Shown here: positions 54,029-63,216 of the stretch, piece after piece | How the letters are laid out: the number at the start of each line of letters is the position of its first letter | Numbering within the stretch: the stretch's first letter is position 1 | Assembly (NCBI GenBank): GCA_903936645.1 | Contig: CAIZWI010000306.1 | Coordinates: forward strand, 1 to 63,216 | Source of the DNA: an uncultured Verrucomicrobia subdivision 3 bacterium | Lineage (GTDB): Bacteria > Verrucomicrobiota > Verrucomicrobiia > Limisphaerales > UBA11358 | Reading direction: 5' to 3' | DNA: 63,216 nucleotides | Notes under the pieces: model-generated | Told to the model about the DNA's origin: nothing | The model's database searches: none | The model's input: only the letters and a program-made list of their open reading frames with translations | Made by a program: the position numbers and the translations under genes

Positions 54029-56119
54029 ATGACGAAATTGATTCTTGCCGGCCAGCGTTCCCGGCGCCAATGGGAAAAACGCTGTTTGCCAATGATCCTG
54101 CTGGGGCTGGCGCTGCCGTGGAGCGGCTTCAACCCGACCCCAGCCCGGGCAGAAGCCCCCGCCCGGCCGGCCGATTATTACCACGAGCCCTTCCGGCCCC
54201 AGTTTCATTTCACGCCAGAAAAAAACTGGATGAATGATCCAAACGGGCTGGTGTATTATGCCGGTGAGTATCATCTTTTTTATCAATACAACCCCTTTGG
54301 CAACACTTGGGGACACATGAGCTGGGCCCATGCGGTCAGCCCGGACATGGTCCATTGGCAGCACTTGCCGCTGGCCTTGCCGGAGGCGGATGGGGTGATG
54401 ATTTTTTCCGGCAGTGCGGTGGTGGACTGGAACAACACCAGCGGTTTCGGCATTAATGGCCAGCCGCCGATGATCGCCATCTACGCGGGCTATCGCGCGG
54501 CGGACAATCTGCAATTCCAGAACATTGCCTATAGCAATGACAAAGGACGGACCTGGACCAAATACGCGGGTAACCCGGTGATCAACCTGAACGCGCGTGA
54601 TTTTCGCGATCCCAAAGTACAATGGCATGAGGGGACCAAACGCTGGATCATGACGGTGTCGCTTTCCGCCGATCACAAGGTGCAGTTTTATGGTTCACCC
54701 AACCTCAAAGAATGGACGTTGTTGAGCGAGTTTGGCCCGGCGGGCGCGACGGGGGGCGTTTGGGAATGCCCGGATTTATTTGAATTGCCAGTGCAGGGCA
54801 CCCACGAAAAACGCTGGGTGCTGGCGGTGAACATGAATCCGGGGAGTGTGGCGGGCGGCTCCGGCGGGCAATACTTTATCGGCCAATTTGACGGCACCCG
54901 CTTCACGCCGGAGGCGGCGGCCTTGCCCAAGCCAACGCCGGCAGTGGTGCCGGAGGGCAAAGTAATTGCTGATTTTGAAGGCCCGGATTACGGGGATTGG
55001 AAAGCCACCGGCGAGGCGTTCGGCCCCGGCCCGGCGCAGGGCGTGCTGGGGGATCAAAACCCGGTGGATGGGTACCTAGGCCACGGTCTGGTCAACAGCT
55101 TTTATCATGGTGATGCCAGCCAGGGAACGCTGACCTCACCAGCGATTGTCTTGACCCATCCTTACGTGAATTTCCTTATCGGAGGCGGCTCGCAAAAAGA
55201 GACGTGCATGAATCTGCGGGTGGACGGAAAGATCGTGCGGACCGCTTCGGGCCAGGATGCCGAACGGCTGACCTGGCGGTCCTGGGACGTGCGTGAATTT
55301 GCCGGTCAAAACGCCGTGCTGGAAATTGTGGACCATGCCACGGGCGGCTGGGGGCATGTCAATGTGGATCAAATTATCCAGGCCGATGCCCCGGCGCATT
55401 CCGCTTCGGAGGCGGCGCTCTGGTTCGACTACGGCAAAGATTACTACGCGGCAGTCTCCTGGAGCGACGTGCCAAAATCTGACGGTCGACGCTTGTGGCT
55501 CGGCTGGATGAGTAACTGGCAATACGGCGGCCTGGTGCCCACCAGTCCCTGGCGCAGTGCGATGTCCATTCCCCGGGAGGTGGGGTTGCGCCGGACCAGC
55601 GAGGGCATTCGGCTGGTGCAGCAACCGGCGCGCGAAATGGAATCTTTGCGCGACCGGCATTTTACCTTCAACGGGGGCAACCTGGCGCAGGCCAATGCCT
55701 GGCTGGCGGACCAGCACATTCAAGGGCAGCAACTGGAAATTAGGGTGGAACTGGCACCGCAAGTGGCGGGAGTGGCGGGCTTAAACGTTTTAAAAGGTGA
55801 CCGGGAAGCCACCGTCATTGGGGTGGATCGTACACAAGGCCGGGTCTTTGTGGATCGTTCCCAGTCGGGCAACGTCAATTTCGACCCGCAATTCACGGGC
55901 GTGCATGACGCGCCCCTGGCAAATATTTCCGGACGGATCCAATTGCAGGTGTTTGTGGATTCGTGCTCGGTGGAGGTGTTCGTAAATAATGGTCAACGCG
56001 TGTTCACGGATCTGGTTTACCCTTCGGCCGACAGCAAGGGCGTGGAATTTTTTGGTCCGGCCAACAGTACAAAAATCCGGTCAGCGGAAGTATGGACATT
56101 AAAGTCGGCCTGGCGGTAA
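54029..56119 (+). CDS. exported GH32 beta-fructofuranosidase/levanase with an inserted jelly-roll module
   Basis: 696 aa from the ATG at 54029. The GH32 catalytic motifs WMNDPNG, FRDPKV and WECPDLF are present. A roughly 150-aa module (VIADFEGPDYGDWKATGEAFGPGP...GWGHVNVDQI) sits between QFDGTRF and WFDYGKDYYA, followed by the C-terminal GH32 beta-sandwich. Confidence 0.9.
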   Translation: MTKLILAGQRSRRQWEKRCLPMILLGLALPWSGFNPTPARAEAPARPADYYHEPFRPQFHFTPEKNWMNDPNGLVYYAGEYHLFYQYNPFGNTWGHMSWAHAVSPDMVHWQHLPLALPEADGVMIFSGSAVVDWNNTSGFGINGQPPMIAIYAGYRAADNLQFQNIAYSNDKGRTWTKYAGNPVINLNARDFRDPKVQWHEGTKRWIMTVSLSADHKVQFYGSPNLKEWTLLSEFGPAGATGGVWECPDLFELPVQGTHEKRWVLAVNMNPGSVAGGSGGQYFIGQFDGTRFTPEAAALPKPTPAVVPEGKVIADFEGPDYGDWKATGEAFGPGPAQGVLGDQNPVDGYLGHGLVNSFYHGDASQGTLTSPAIVLTHPYVNFLIGGGSQKETCMNLRVDGKIVRTASGQDAERLTWRSWDVREFAGQNAVLEIVDHATGGWGHVNVDQIIQADAPAHSASEAALWFDYGKDYYAAVSWSDVPKSDGRRLWLGWMSNWQYGGLVPTSPWRSAMSIPREVGLRRTSEGIRLVQQPAREMESLRDRHFTFNGGNLAQANAWLADQHIQGQQLEIRVELAPQVAGVAGLNVLKGDREATVIGVDRTQGRVFVDRSQSGNVNFDPQFTGVHDAPLANISGRIQLQVFVDSCSVEVFVNNGQRVFTDLVYPSADSKGVEFFGPANSTKIRSAEVWTLKSAWR

Positions 56120-56128
56120 CTTATCCGG

Positions 56129-59100
56129 ATGATTGCCAACCCAACCCGGCGGACGAGGGCGACTTTAATCGGTCTCCTCGTTTGGCTGGGGCTGCTGGGG
56201 CTGGCTGGTGCGGTGCCGGGGCAGGACATTTTGTTAGCGGATTTTGAGGCGACAAATTACACGTGGGTGCCGGGCGGAAGCTGGATCGTCACCGGCGCAG
56301 CGATGGGCCCCGGCCCGGCCAAGGGCACTCTGGCGGGGCAACAGGCCGTAAACGGCTATCTGGGCAAAGGGTTGGTAAATTCCTTCTATAACGGAGACGC
56401 CACCACCGGGACCCTGACCTCGCCGCCTTTCACCATCAGCCGAACTTACATAAGGTTTCTGATCGGCGCGGGGAACCATCGGGGCCAGACTTGCCTGAAT
56501 TTGCTGGTGGGCGGGAAAGTGGTGCTGTCCGCCGTGGGCATGGGTGACCGCGAGGCGCTGGACTGGTTGCAGTGGAATGTGAGCGGTTATTTCAACCAGA
56601 GCGCGCAGTTGCAAATTGTCGACACTTACACGAATGGCTGGGGGCACATTAATGTGGACCAGATTACAGAGACTTCCACGTCCCTGACGAATTTGCTCAT
56701 CGCCACCAATCATTATTTGAACCTGCCGGTCAGTTACACCGGCCCGAGTCACTTGGTGGAACTGGTGCAGAACGGGTTGGTGGTGCATGAATTCAATATC
56801 GCCCTGGTGACCAATGGCGCACCAGATTATTATGCCTTTCTGGATTTAACTGCTTTTCCCGGTGAACTGCTTGTGCGGGTGGATTCAGCGGCGGCCAGCG
56901 CCCCCCAACTGGCCGCACTAGTGCAGGCCACCAACATTTTGACCACGACGCCGATTTACCAGGAGGCAACCCGGCCGGTCTATCATTACACCGCGCGCCG
57001 GGGCTGGTTGAATGATCCCAATGGGATGGTTTATTACCAAGGCCAGTATCATATGTACTACCAGCATAATCCTTATGGCACGGCGTGGGACAACATGCAC
57101 TGGGGCAGCGCGGTGAGCACCAACCTGGTGCAGTGGCAGGAATTAACGGAGGCTTTGTATCCGGACTGGCTGGGAGGAATGTGGTCGGGCTCGGCAGTGG
57201 TGGATGCGAACAACAGCGCGGGTTTCGGCACCAACGCCTTGGTGGCGCTGTACACGGCGGCTGGGGGTCACGGCAATAATCCCCGCATGTCAGCCGGCCA
57301 GCTCTTCACCCAATGCCTGGCCTACAGTCTGGACCAGGGCGTGACCTGGAACAAATATACGAACAATCCGGTTATTCCGAACTTGCTGGGTGGTGACAAC
57401 CGGGATCCCAAGGTCCTGTGGTATGCGCCAGGAAACAAATGGGTGCTCGTGCTCTGGTTGAATAATAACAACTTCGGCTTCTTTGCTTCGACCGACCTCA
57501 AGCATTGGACTCAAACCTCCCGGTTCACCTTCCCCAACGTGATTGAGGTGCCCGAGCTATTTCAACTGCCTTTGAACGGCAATACCAATAACCTAGAGTG
57601 GGTGTTCTGGGCGGGCGCGGGCAATTATTATACCGGCCAGTTCGATGGCAATACCTTTACCGCGCTAAACGGCCCGAATGTGATCCGGCAGGGCAACAGC
57701 ATGGCGGCGGCCCAGACGTTTAATAACATCCCCGCGGCCGATGGCCGCCGGATTCTCATTTCGCAGGGGACGGTTGCCTTCGCGGGGGTGCCGTTCAACT
57801 CCATCATGAATTTTCCGGTGGCGCTGACTTTGCAGACCGCACCGGCAGGTCCGTGGTTGTATGCGAACCCGGTGGCGGAAATCACGCAACTCCGGCTCAC
57901 CACCAACACCTGGCCAGCCCAATTACTCACCAATGGATGCAATCTGCTGGCGGGAATCACCGGGGAGGCGTTTGAATTGGACACCCAGTTCCAGCCGGGG
58001 GCGACGAACCAGGTGGTCTTTAATCTGGCGGGCACGGCCGCAGTTTATGATGCCGCGCGGCAGACGGTGGCTTGCGGAGGACTTACCAACACACTAAGTC
58101 CCAGCAACGGCATCGTGCATTTGCGCTTCTTGGTGGATCGGGGTTCCGTGGAGATTTTTGGCAACGGTGGATTCCTTTACATGCCCATGAGCGTGACACC
58201 CGTGGCCGGTCCGCAACCACTGGGCATGACCGCCACCGGCAGCGGTGGGCGGCTGCTCGCCCTCAGTATTTACAACCTGGGCACGACCTGGGCGAGTGCC
58301 GCCAATGTGCCTGCACCCACGATCTCCACACCACCGGTGCCGGTGACCACCGACTTGGGCGGCCCGGCGATATTCAAGGTTACTGCCGCGGGGTTGGGGG
58401 CGCTCACTTATCAGTGGCTCAGCAATGGGGTGCCGCTGGCTGGGGCGACCCTGCCCACTTTAAACTTGTTTCCCGTAACCGGTGCCAGCGCGAACTATTC
58501 GGTGGTGGTGGCCAATACCGGGGGTGCGGTAACCAGTTCCGTGGCCCCACTGACGGTCCGACCACCCTACAACGTTGCCTACTGGCGCATGGAAGCGCAG
58601 ATTACCGCGCTCAATAGCGCCGGTGCCGCAACCTTAACTGGCGTGGCGGACAATGACACAGCCTTGGGGCAGGGAGTTTTCACGACCGGCTTGCTGCCGG
58701 CGGCGGAGGATGATCTCATTACTTTTAATGGCCTGACCGGCAGCACGGTGCCCCTGGCGACCAACCATGCTGCATCCTTGATGTTCGTGAACGGGCATGA
58801 CGCGGGAAGTTGTTCGTATAATGCGGAGGCGCTCACCAATGTGGATGGCGCGCTGTTCTTCCCGCAGGACCAGTATGGGGATGAAATGGATTTTACCGGA
58901 CCATTTACCATCGAGGCATTTTTTGCAACGGATGGAAACCAGAGCAGCGCGGGAACTATGGCCCTGGTTTCGCAGGGCACGGACAGTGGTCAGACCTTTC
59001 GCTATGGCATTGAGGTGAACGAGGCCGCCGCCGGGGGCATCCGGTTCAAAGTCGCCAATGCCAGCCTGGGCATTACGAACTCGGTGGATTTGACGGGTAT

Positions 59101-62100
59101 GAATTACGCCGACGGCCAATGGCATTATCTCCTCGCCGTGTGCGACACGCTGGCCGGGATCAACGGGCAATTGCGGGTCACGATCGCCAATGCCGACGGT
59201 TCCCTGGCCACGGCCACCAACAATCTGCCGGCAGGTTTCCTGCCACTGCCCGCCACGGACAATGGGAATTTGTTCCTCGGGCGCAATACTTATGCCGTCG
59301 CGATGAATCCGCAGACCTTCCGGGGCTTTATTGACGAGGTGCAAATAACCGCTGGCGTGGTGCCAGATGCGTGGCGCCTGGGCAACACGGTGCTGGTGGC
59401 CAACCTGCCCGTCGCCGCGCCCGCCAATCCGGTCTATGCTGGCACCACCGTGACCTTGAGTGAATCGCCGACCGGCCGCGCGCCTTTTTTTTTCCAATGG
59501 CAGGTGAACGGTTTCAACCTGCCCGGAGCCACCAATAGCTCGCTGGTCCTGCCGAATGTCGTCGCGTATTCTACCAATAGTTATGCGGTGCTCGTTGGTA
59601 ATGGAAGCAGCTCGACCCTGAGTCCGGCCCTCAATCTGGTGGTTAATGCCGCTTCTGGCCCGCGGTTTGACCTGCAACCGGGTCCGTCGGCGGCGAGCAA
59701 CTATGTCAATGGGCTCGCAACCTTTACGGTAAGGGTCACGGGTTCGCAACCGATCACCCTGCAATGGCAGCATGACGGCACTAATCTGCCCGGCCAGACG
59801 GCGCCGACGCTGACGCTGCCAAATCTGCGCAGTGGGGACACGGGTGATTACCAAGTCATCGCCGTCAATGCCATGGGTACCAATGCCAGTCAGCCAGCCA
59901 GCCTGACGGTCCTGCCGCTGCCCAATTCGGCGCTGCCGAACGTGACCACCTTTCACAACGATAACAGCCGATGCGGCGCGAATACCAACGAATTCCTCCT
60001 CAGCCCGGCGAATGTGAATGTCACTACGTTCGGACGCCTGTTTGGTTATCCGCTTGATGGTTATGTGTATGCGCAACCACTTTATGTGGCGAATCTCACC
60101 ATCCCCGGCCAGGGGGTGCATAATGTCGTCTTTGTGGCCACGGAGCATGACAGCATTTATGCGCTGGACGCGGACAGCAATGCCGGCACGAATGGCGGGG
60201 TGCTGTGGCACGTCACGCCGGGCACCGCCCCACTCAGCAGCAATCATGAGTTTGGCCAGCGTTATGGCAATGGCAATTACCTGGATATTGTTCCCGAGGT
60301 GGGCATCACGGGGACGCCGGTCATCGATCCGGTGGCGGGCGTGCTCTATGTAAATATTCTAAGCCGGGAAGTGGGCGCAACCACCAACTATTATCATCGC
60401 CTCCATGCCCTGTGCCTGACGAACGGTCAGGAACTGGCGAACAGTCCGGTTGTGGTTACCGCGGCGGTGCCGGGTGTGGGGGTGGACGGCACCAACGGCT
60501 GGGTGCGTTTCACGGCGCGGCAGGAGAATGCGCGGCCAGGTCTGACGCTGGCCGGCGGCCTGGTATATCTCGCGTACGGGAGTTTTGCCGATACGGATCC
60601 CTACCATGGTTGGGTGATTGGTTTCAATGCCACCACGCTGCAACCCGTGACCAATTTTGTATTCAACACCACCCCGAACGCAACCGTCACTGCTTTTGGG
60701 GGCAACGCCGCGGAGGGGGCGCTCTGGATGGCCGGGGACGGCTTGTGCGTGGATGCCGCGACGAACCTTTATTTCGCGACGGGCAACGGCAGTTTCAGTG
60801 CCAGCACCAATGGTGGCGATTATGCCGACAGTTTTGTGAAACTGGCCACCACCAATGGTCTGCGGGTGGCGGATTACTTCACCCCCTTCAACCAGGCCAG
60901 CCTGGCGGCCGCCGATGAGGATCTCGGCTCGGGCGGGCCCTTGCTACTGCCGGATGCGGTGGGCAGCGCCGCCCATCCGCACCTCCTGGTGGGGTGCGGC
61001 AAGGAAGGCAAAATTTATCTGCTGGACCGTGACAATCTGGGCAAATACAACGCGGCTGCCGACAGCCAGATCGTGCAGGAAATTCCCAATGCGGTGGGCG
61101 GCACGTGGAGCTGTCCGGCTTATTTCAATGGCTTGATTTATTATCAGGGTCTGGGGGATGTGCTGAAGGCCTTTGCGATTGGCCATGGCGTGATCAACCC
61201 CACGCCCGTCTCGGCCGCCACCACCAGTTACGGCGCGGCAGGCGGGACACCGTGCATCACGGCCAGCGGCACGGCTAATGCCATCGCCTGGTCGCTGCAG
61301 CCGGATGCCTTTGCCAGCGGCGGACCGGCGGTGTTGCATGCGTACAATGCCACCAATCTGGCACAGGAACTTTATAACAGCAGCCTCAATCTGGCCCGGG
61401 ACAATCCGGGCGGAGCGGTAAAAATGACGACTCCCACGGTGGCGAATGGCAAGGTATATGTGGGCGGACAGTATGTACTTTCGGTTTATGGTTGTGGTAT
61501 GTTTCTGCCGCCACCCATGATTGTTCCAACCGGGGGAGTTTTCACCAACGCGGTGACCGTGACGCTCACCGATCCTGCGCCGGGCGTTGGACTGTATTAT
61601 ACTCTGGACGGCACCCAACCCACGACGAATTCCCCCTTGTACACGGGGGCTTTGTTGCTTACCAATAGCGGGTCGTTACAAGTGATGGCCAGTCTCCCCG
61701 GCACCGTGGCCAGCGCGGTGGTCTCCGCAAGTTTTATCAACCATGCTGCGACCGGCTCGGGCACGGGGTTGCTTGGTCAATACTGGGCCAGCACCACCGG
61801 CCCGGCCTTCACGAATCTGGCCTTTAATGCCTTGCCCACCCTCACGCGCACCGACGCCGTGGTGAATTTTAACTGGAACACCACCGGGCCAGACCCACGC
61901 ATCGGCCAGACGAGCTATACCACCCGCTGGCTCGGCACCGTGCAACCGCAGTATAACGAAACCTACACATTCTCCGTGACCGCCGATGACGGCGTGCGCT
62001 TGTGGGTAAACGGGCAGTTGCTGGTGGATGCCTGGCAGGACCAGACCCCGACGACCTACCAGGGTTCCATCACCTTGCAGGCGCAGCAATTTTACAATAT

Positions 62101-63216
62101 TCGCCTGGATTATTACCAGAATGCCGGCGGTGCGGAGGCCGTCCTGGCCTGGAGCAGTCCTTCCACACCGCTGGCCGTCATTCCGCAGACCCAATTGTAT
62201 CCGTTCACCAACCCGCCCCCCACAGTCGTCTGGCTCAGCCCCACGAATCATGCCGCTTACACTGCCAGCGCCAGTGTCACCCTCAGTGCCGATGCAGACG
62301 CACCCTTGAATTCCATCAGCCAGGTGGACTTTTATGCGAATGGCACCTTGCTTGGCCGTGCTTTCAGCCCGCCGTACACCCGCACCGCCACCGGTTTGGC
62401 GGCCGGCAACTATGCGCTCACGGCCGTGGCGTTCGACGGCAGTGGTCTCAGCACCACCTCCGCTCCCGTGAGCCTCCCCGTGCTGCCTGCTACCGGGCAG
62501 CCCTATGGCTTGCTTGCCAATGCCTTCCTGCCGGCCTTTTTAAACATGCCGGCCACTTACCAGGGCGCGCTGCCGCGCTTGCTCTCGCAGACCGGTGTGT
62601 TCAGCAACACCCCTGCCATGGTCCCTACTAATGGCTTGATTCCCTATGCCCCCAATACGCCGCTCTGGTCGGATGGCGCGCTGAAGACGCGCTATTTCAC
62701 GGTGCCCGGTTCCAGCGGACCACCCGCACCAGACCGGCAAATCGCCTTTGCCCCCACCGGTTCGTGGAACTTTCCGGCCGGTTCGGTATTTGTGAAAACC
62801 TTTTCACTCCATACGGACACCGCCCACCCGGAGGTCGTTCAACGGTTGGAAACCCGGCTGTTGGTGCGTGACAGTAATGGCGCGGTTTACGGGGTTACCT
62901 ACAAATGGCGGGCGGACAACAGCGACGCGGACCTTTTGAGCAACAGTCTGACCGAGACCATCACCATCACTAACGCCACTGGCCTGACCACTCAAACCTG
63001 GTATTACCCCAGCCCGGCGGACTGTCTCACCTGCCATACGCCAGTGGCCAATTATGTGCTGGGGCTCAACACCCGTCAGTTGAATGGCAACCTCATATAT
63101 CCCGGGACCGGGATAACTGACAATCAATTGCGTACTTTGAACCGGCTGGGTCTCCTCAACCCGGCCGTTGATGAAGCCAGTATCACCAACTTTGAGCGAA
63201 TGTCCGCGCTGACCAA
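56129..63216 (+). CDS. giant (>2362 aa, 3'-partial) secreted multidomain protein: jelly-roll module + GH32 + Ig + LamG + Ig x2 + PQQ-like beta-propeller + chitobiase-C-like + PA14 + Ig-like + CXXCH module
   Basis: It is absent from the ORF track. I translated the frame (position mod 3 = 2) codon by codon from the ATG at 56129 to 63216 and met no stop. The signal peptide is RATLIGLLVWLGLLGLAGAVPGQ. GH32 motifs are GWLNDPNG (about 57002), NRDPKV and IEVPELF. LamG is shown by FIDEVQITAG. The propeller block starts at FHNDNSRCGANTNE. PA14 is shown by GLLGQYW...DDGVRLWVNGQLLVDAW. CLTCH lies at 63023-63037. Confidence 0.9.
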   Translation, partial: MIANPTRRTRATLIGLLVWLGLLGLAGAVPGQDILLADFEATNYTWVPGGSWIVTGAAMGPGPAKGTLAGQQAVNGYLGKGLVNSFYNGDATTGTLTSPPFTISRTYIRFLIGAGNHRGQTCLNLLVGGKVVLSAVGMGDREALDWLQWNVSGYFNQSAQLQIVDTYTNGWGHINVDQITETSTSLTNLLIATNHYLNLPVSYTGPSHLVELVQNGLVVHEFNIALVTNGAPDYYAFLDLTAFPGELLVRVDSAAASAPQLAALVQATNILTTTPIYQEATRPVYHYTARRGWLNDPNGMVYYQGQYHMYYQHNPYGTAWDNMHWGSAVSTNLVQWQELTEALYPDWLGGMWSGSAVVDANNSAGFGTNALVALYTAAGGHGNNPRMSAGQLFTQCLAYSLDQGVTWNKYTNNPVIPNLLGGDNRDPKVLWYAPGNKWVLVLWLNNNNFGFFASTDLKHWTQTSRFTFPNVIEVPELFQLPLNGNTNNLEWVFWAGAGNYYTGQFDGNTFTALNGPNVIRQGNSMAAAQTFNNIPAADGRRILISQGTVAFAGVPFNSIMNFPVALTLQTAPAGPWLYANPVAEITQLRLTTNTWPAQLLTNGCNLLAGITGEAFELDTQFQPGATNQVVFNLAGTAAVYDAARQTVACGGLTNTLSPSNGIVHLRFLVDRGSVEIFGNGGFLYMPMSVTPVAGPQPLGMTATGSGGRLLALSIYNLGTTWASAANVPAPTISTPPVPVTTDLGGPAIFKVTAAGLGALTYQWLSNGVPLAGATLPTLNLFPVTGASANYSVVVANTGGAVTSSVAPLTVRPPYNVAYWRMEAQITALNSAGAATLTGVADNDTALGQGVFTTGLLPAAEDDLITFNGLTGSTVPLATNHAASLMFVNGHDAGSCSYNAEALTNVDGALFFPQDQYGDEMDFTGPFTIEAFFATDGNQSSAGTMALVSQGTDSGQTFRYGIEVNEAAAGGIRFKVANASLGITNSVDLTGMNYADGQWHYLLAVCDTLAGINGQLRVTIANADGSLATATNNLPAGFLPLPATDNGNLFLGRNTYAVAMNPQTFRGFIDEVQITAGVVPDAWRLGNTVLVANLPVAAPANPVYAGTTVTLSESPTGRAPFFFQWQVNGFNLPGATNSSLVLPNVVAYSTNSYAVLVGNGSSSTLSPALNLVVNAASGPRFDLQPGPSAASNYVNGLATFTVRVTGSQPITLQWQHDGTNLPGQTAPTLTLPNLRSGDTGDYQVIAVNAMGTNASQPASLTVLPLPNSALPNVTTFHNDNSRCGANTNEFLLSPANVNVTTFGRLFGYPLDGYVYAQPLYVANLTIPGQGVHNVVFVATEHDSIYALDADSNAGTNGGVLWHVTPGTAPLSSNHEFGQRYGNGNYLDIVPEVGITGTPVIDPVAGVLYVNILSREVGATTNYYHRLHALCLTNGQELANSPVVVTAAVPGVGVDGTNGWVRFTARQENARPGLTLAGGLVYLAYGSFADTDPYHGWVIGFNATTLQPVTNFVFNTTPNATVTAFGGNAAEGALWMAGDGLCVDAATNLYFATGNGSFSASTNGGDYADSFVKLATTNGLRVADYFTPFNQASLAAADEDLGSGGPLLLPDAVGSAAHPHLLVGCGKEGKIYLLDRDNLGKYNAAADSQIVQEIPNAVGGTWSCPAYFNGLIYYQGLGDVLKAFAIGHGVINPTPVSAATTSYGAAGGTPCITASGTANAIAWSLQPDAFASGGPAVLHAYNATNLAQELYNSSLNLARDNPGGAVKMTTPTVANGKVYVGGQYVLSVYGCGMFLPPPMIVPTGGVFTNAVTVTLTDPAPGVGLYYTLDGTQPTTNSPLYTGALLLTNSGSLQVMASLPGTVASAVVSASFINHAATGSGTGLLGQYWASTTGPAFTNLAFNALPTLTRTDAVVNFNWNTTGPDPRIGQTSYTTRWLGTVQPQYNETYTFSVTADDGVRLWVNGQLLVDAWQDQTPTTYQGSITLQAQQFYNIRLDYYQNAGGAEAVLAWSSPSTPLAVIPQTQLYPFTNPPPTVVWLSPTNHAAYTASASVTLSADADAPLNSISQVDFYANGTLLGRAFSPPYTRTATGLAAGNYALTAVAFDGSGLSTTSAPVSLPVLPATGQPYGLLANAFLPAFLNMPATYQGALPRLLSQTGVFSNTPAMVPTNGLIPYAPNTPLWSDGALKTRYFTVPGSSGPPAPDRQIAFAPTGSWNFPAGSVFVKTFSLHTDTAHPEVVQRLETRLLVRDSNGAVYGVTYKWRADNSDADLLSNSLTETITITNATGLTTQTWYYPSPADCLTCHTPVANYVLGLNTRQLNGNLIYPGTGITDNQLRTLNRLGLLNPAVDEASITNFERMSALT

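Overview
High-GC chromosomal window with the gene style of the PVC superphylum, most likely Verrucomicrobiota. This is inferred from four prepilin-type DUF1559/H-X9-DG genes, giant LamG/Ig secreted proteins and start codons without Shine-Dalgarno sequences. I support about 55 protein genes. I saw no rRNA, tRNA, CRISPR array, transposase or integrase.

Layout:
- 0.1-9.4 kb: housekeeping genes (esterase, apt, RpoD-family sigma, SpoIIE/PP2C phosphatase, gap, msrA, yacG, tail-specific protease).
- 9.4-12.5 kb: a 750-bp non-coding gap, a solitary DUF1559 gene, and an AT-richer islet carrying a decayed Phd/VapC toxin-antitoxin pair.
- 12.5-15.3 kb: AraC regulator plus L-fucose isomerase.
- 15.4-25.7 kb: phosphonate (2-aminoethylphosphonate) catabolism. 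It holds phnW, phnX, a class-III aminotransferase-like gene, a phosphonatase-like HAD plus Zn-ADH pair, an MFS transporter and a secreted beta-propeller::phosphoesterase.
- 25.8-32.6 kb: AraC, two DUF1559 pseudopilins, a lipoprotein and an 1143-aa LamG/Ig protein.
- 32.9-45.4 kb: an ECF sigma with two paralogous zinc anti-sigma factors, surrounded by redox and envelope genes.
- 45.7-63.2 kb: a fructan-type sugar locus with a GntR/LacI regulator, LamG/Ig protein, DUF1559, MFS sugar porter, fructokinase and GH32. It ends in a more than 2362-aa open reading frame (56129 to the window end) that is missing from the supplied ORF track because it has no in-window stop.

Main hunt result: a bipartite element TGTAAGGA-N14-CGACC occurs four times, always intergenic and always oriented with the downstream genes, around the ECF sigma locus. 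It has ECF-promoter geometry and ties about 12.5 kb of genes into one candidate regulon. That regulon includes an unusual peroxiredoxin / ferric-reductase-TM::Rieske operon and a DedA(VTT)::ATP-grasp fusion with an NRDE/TANGO2 partner.

All family assignments come from motif recognition by eye. No searches were run.
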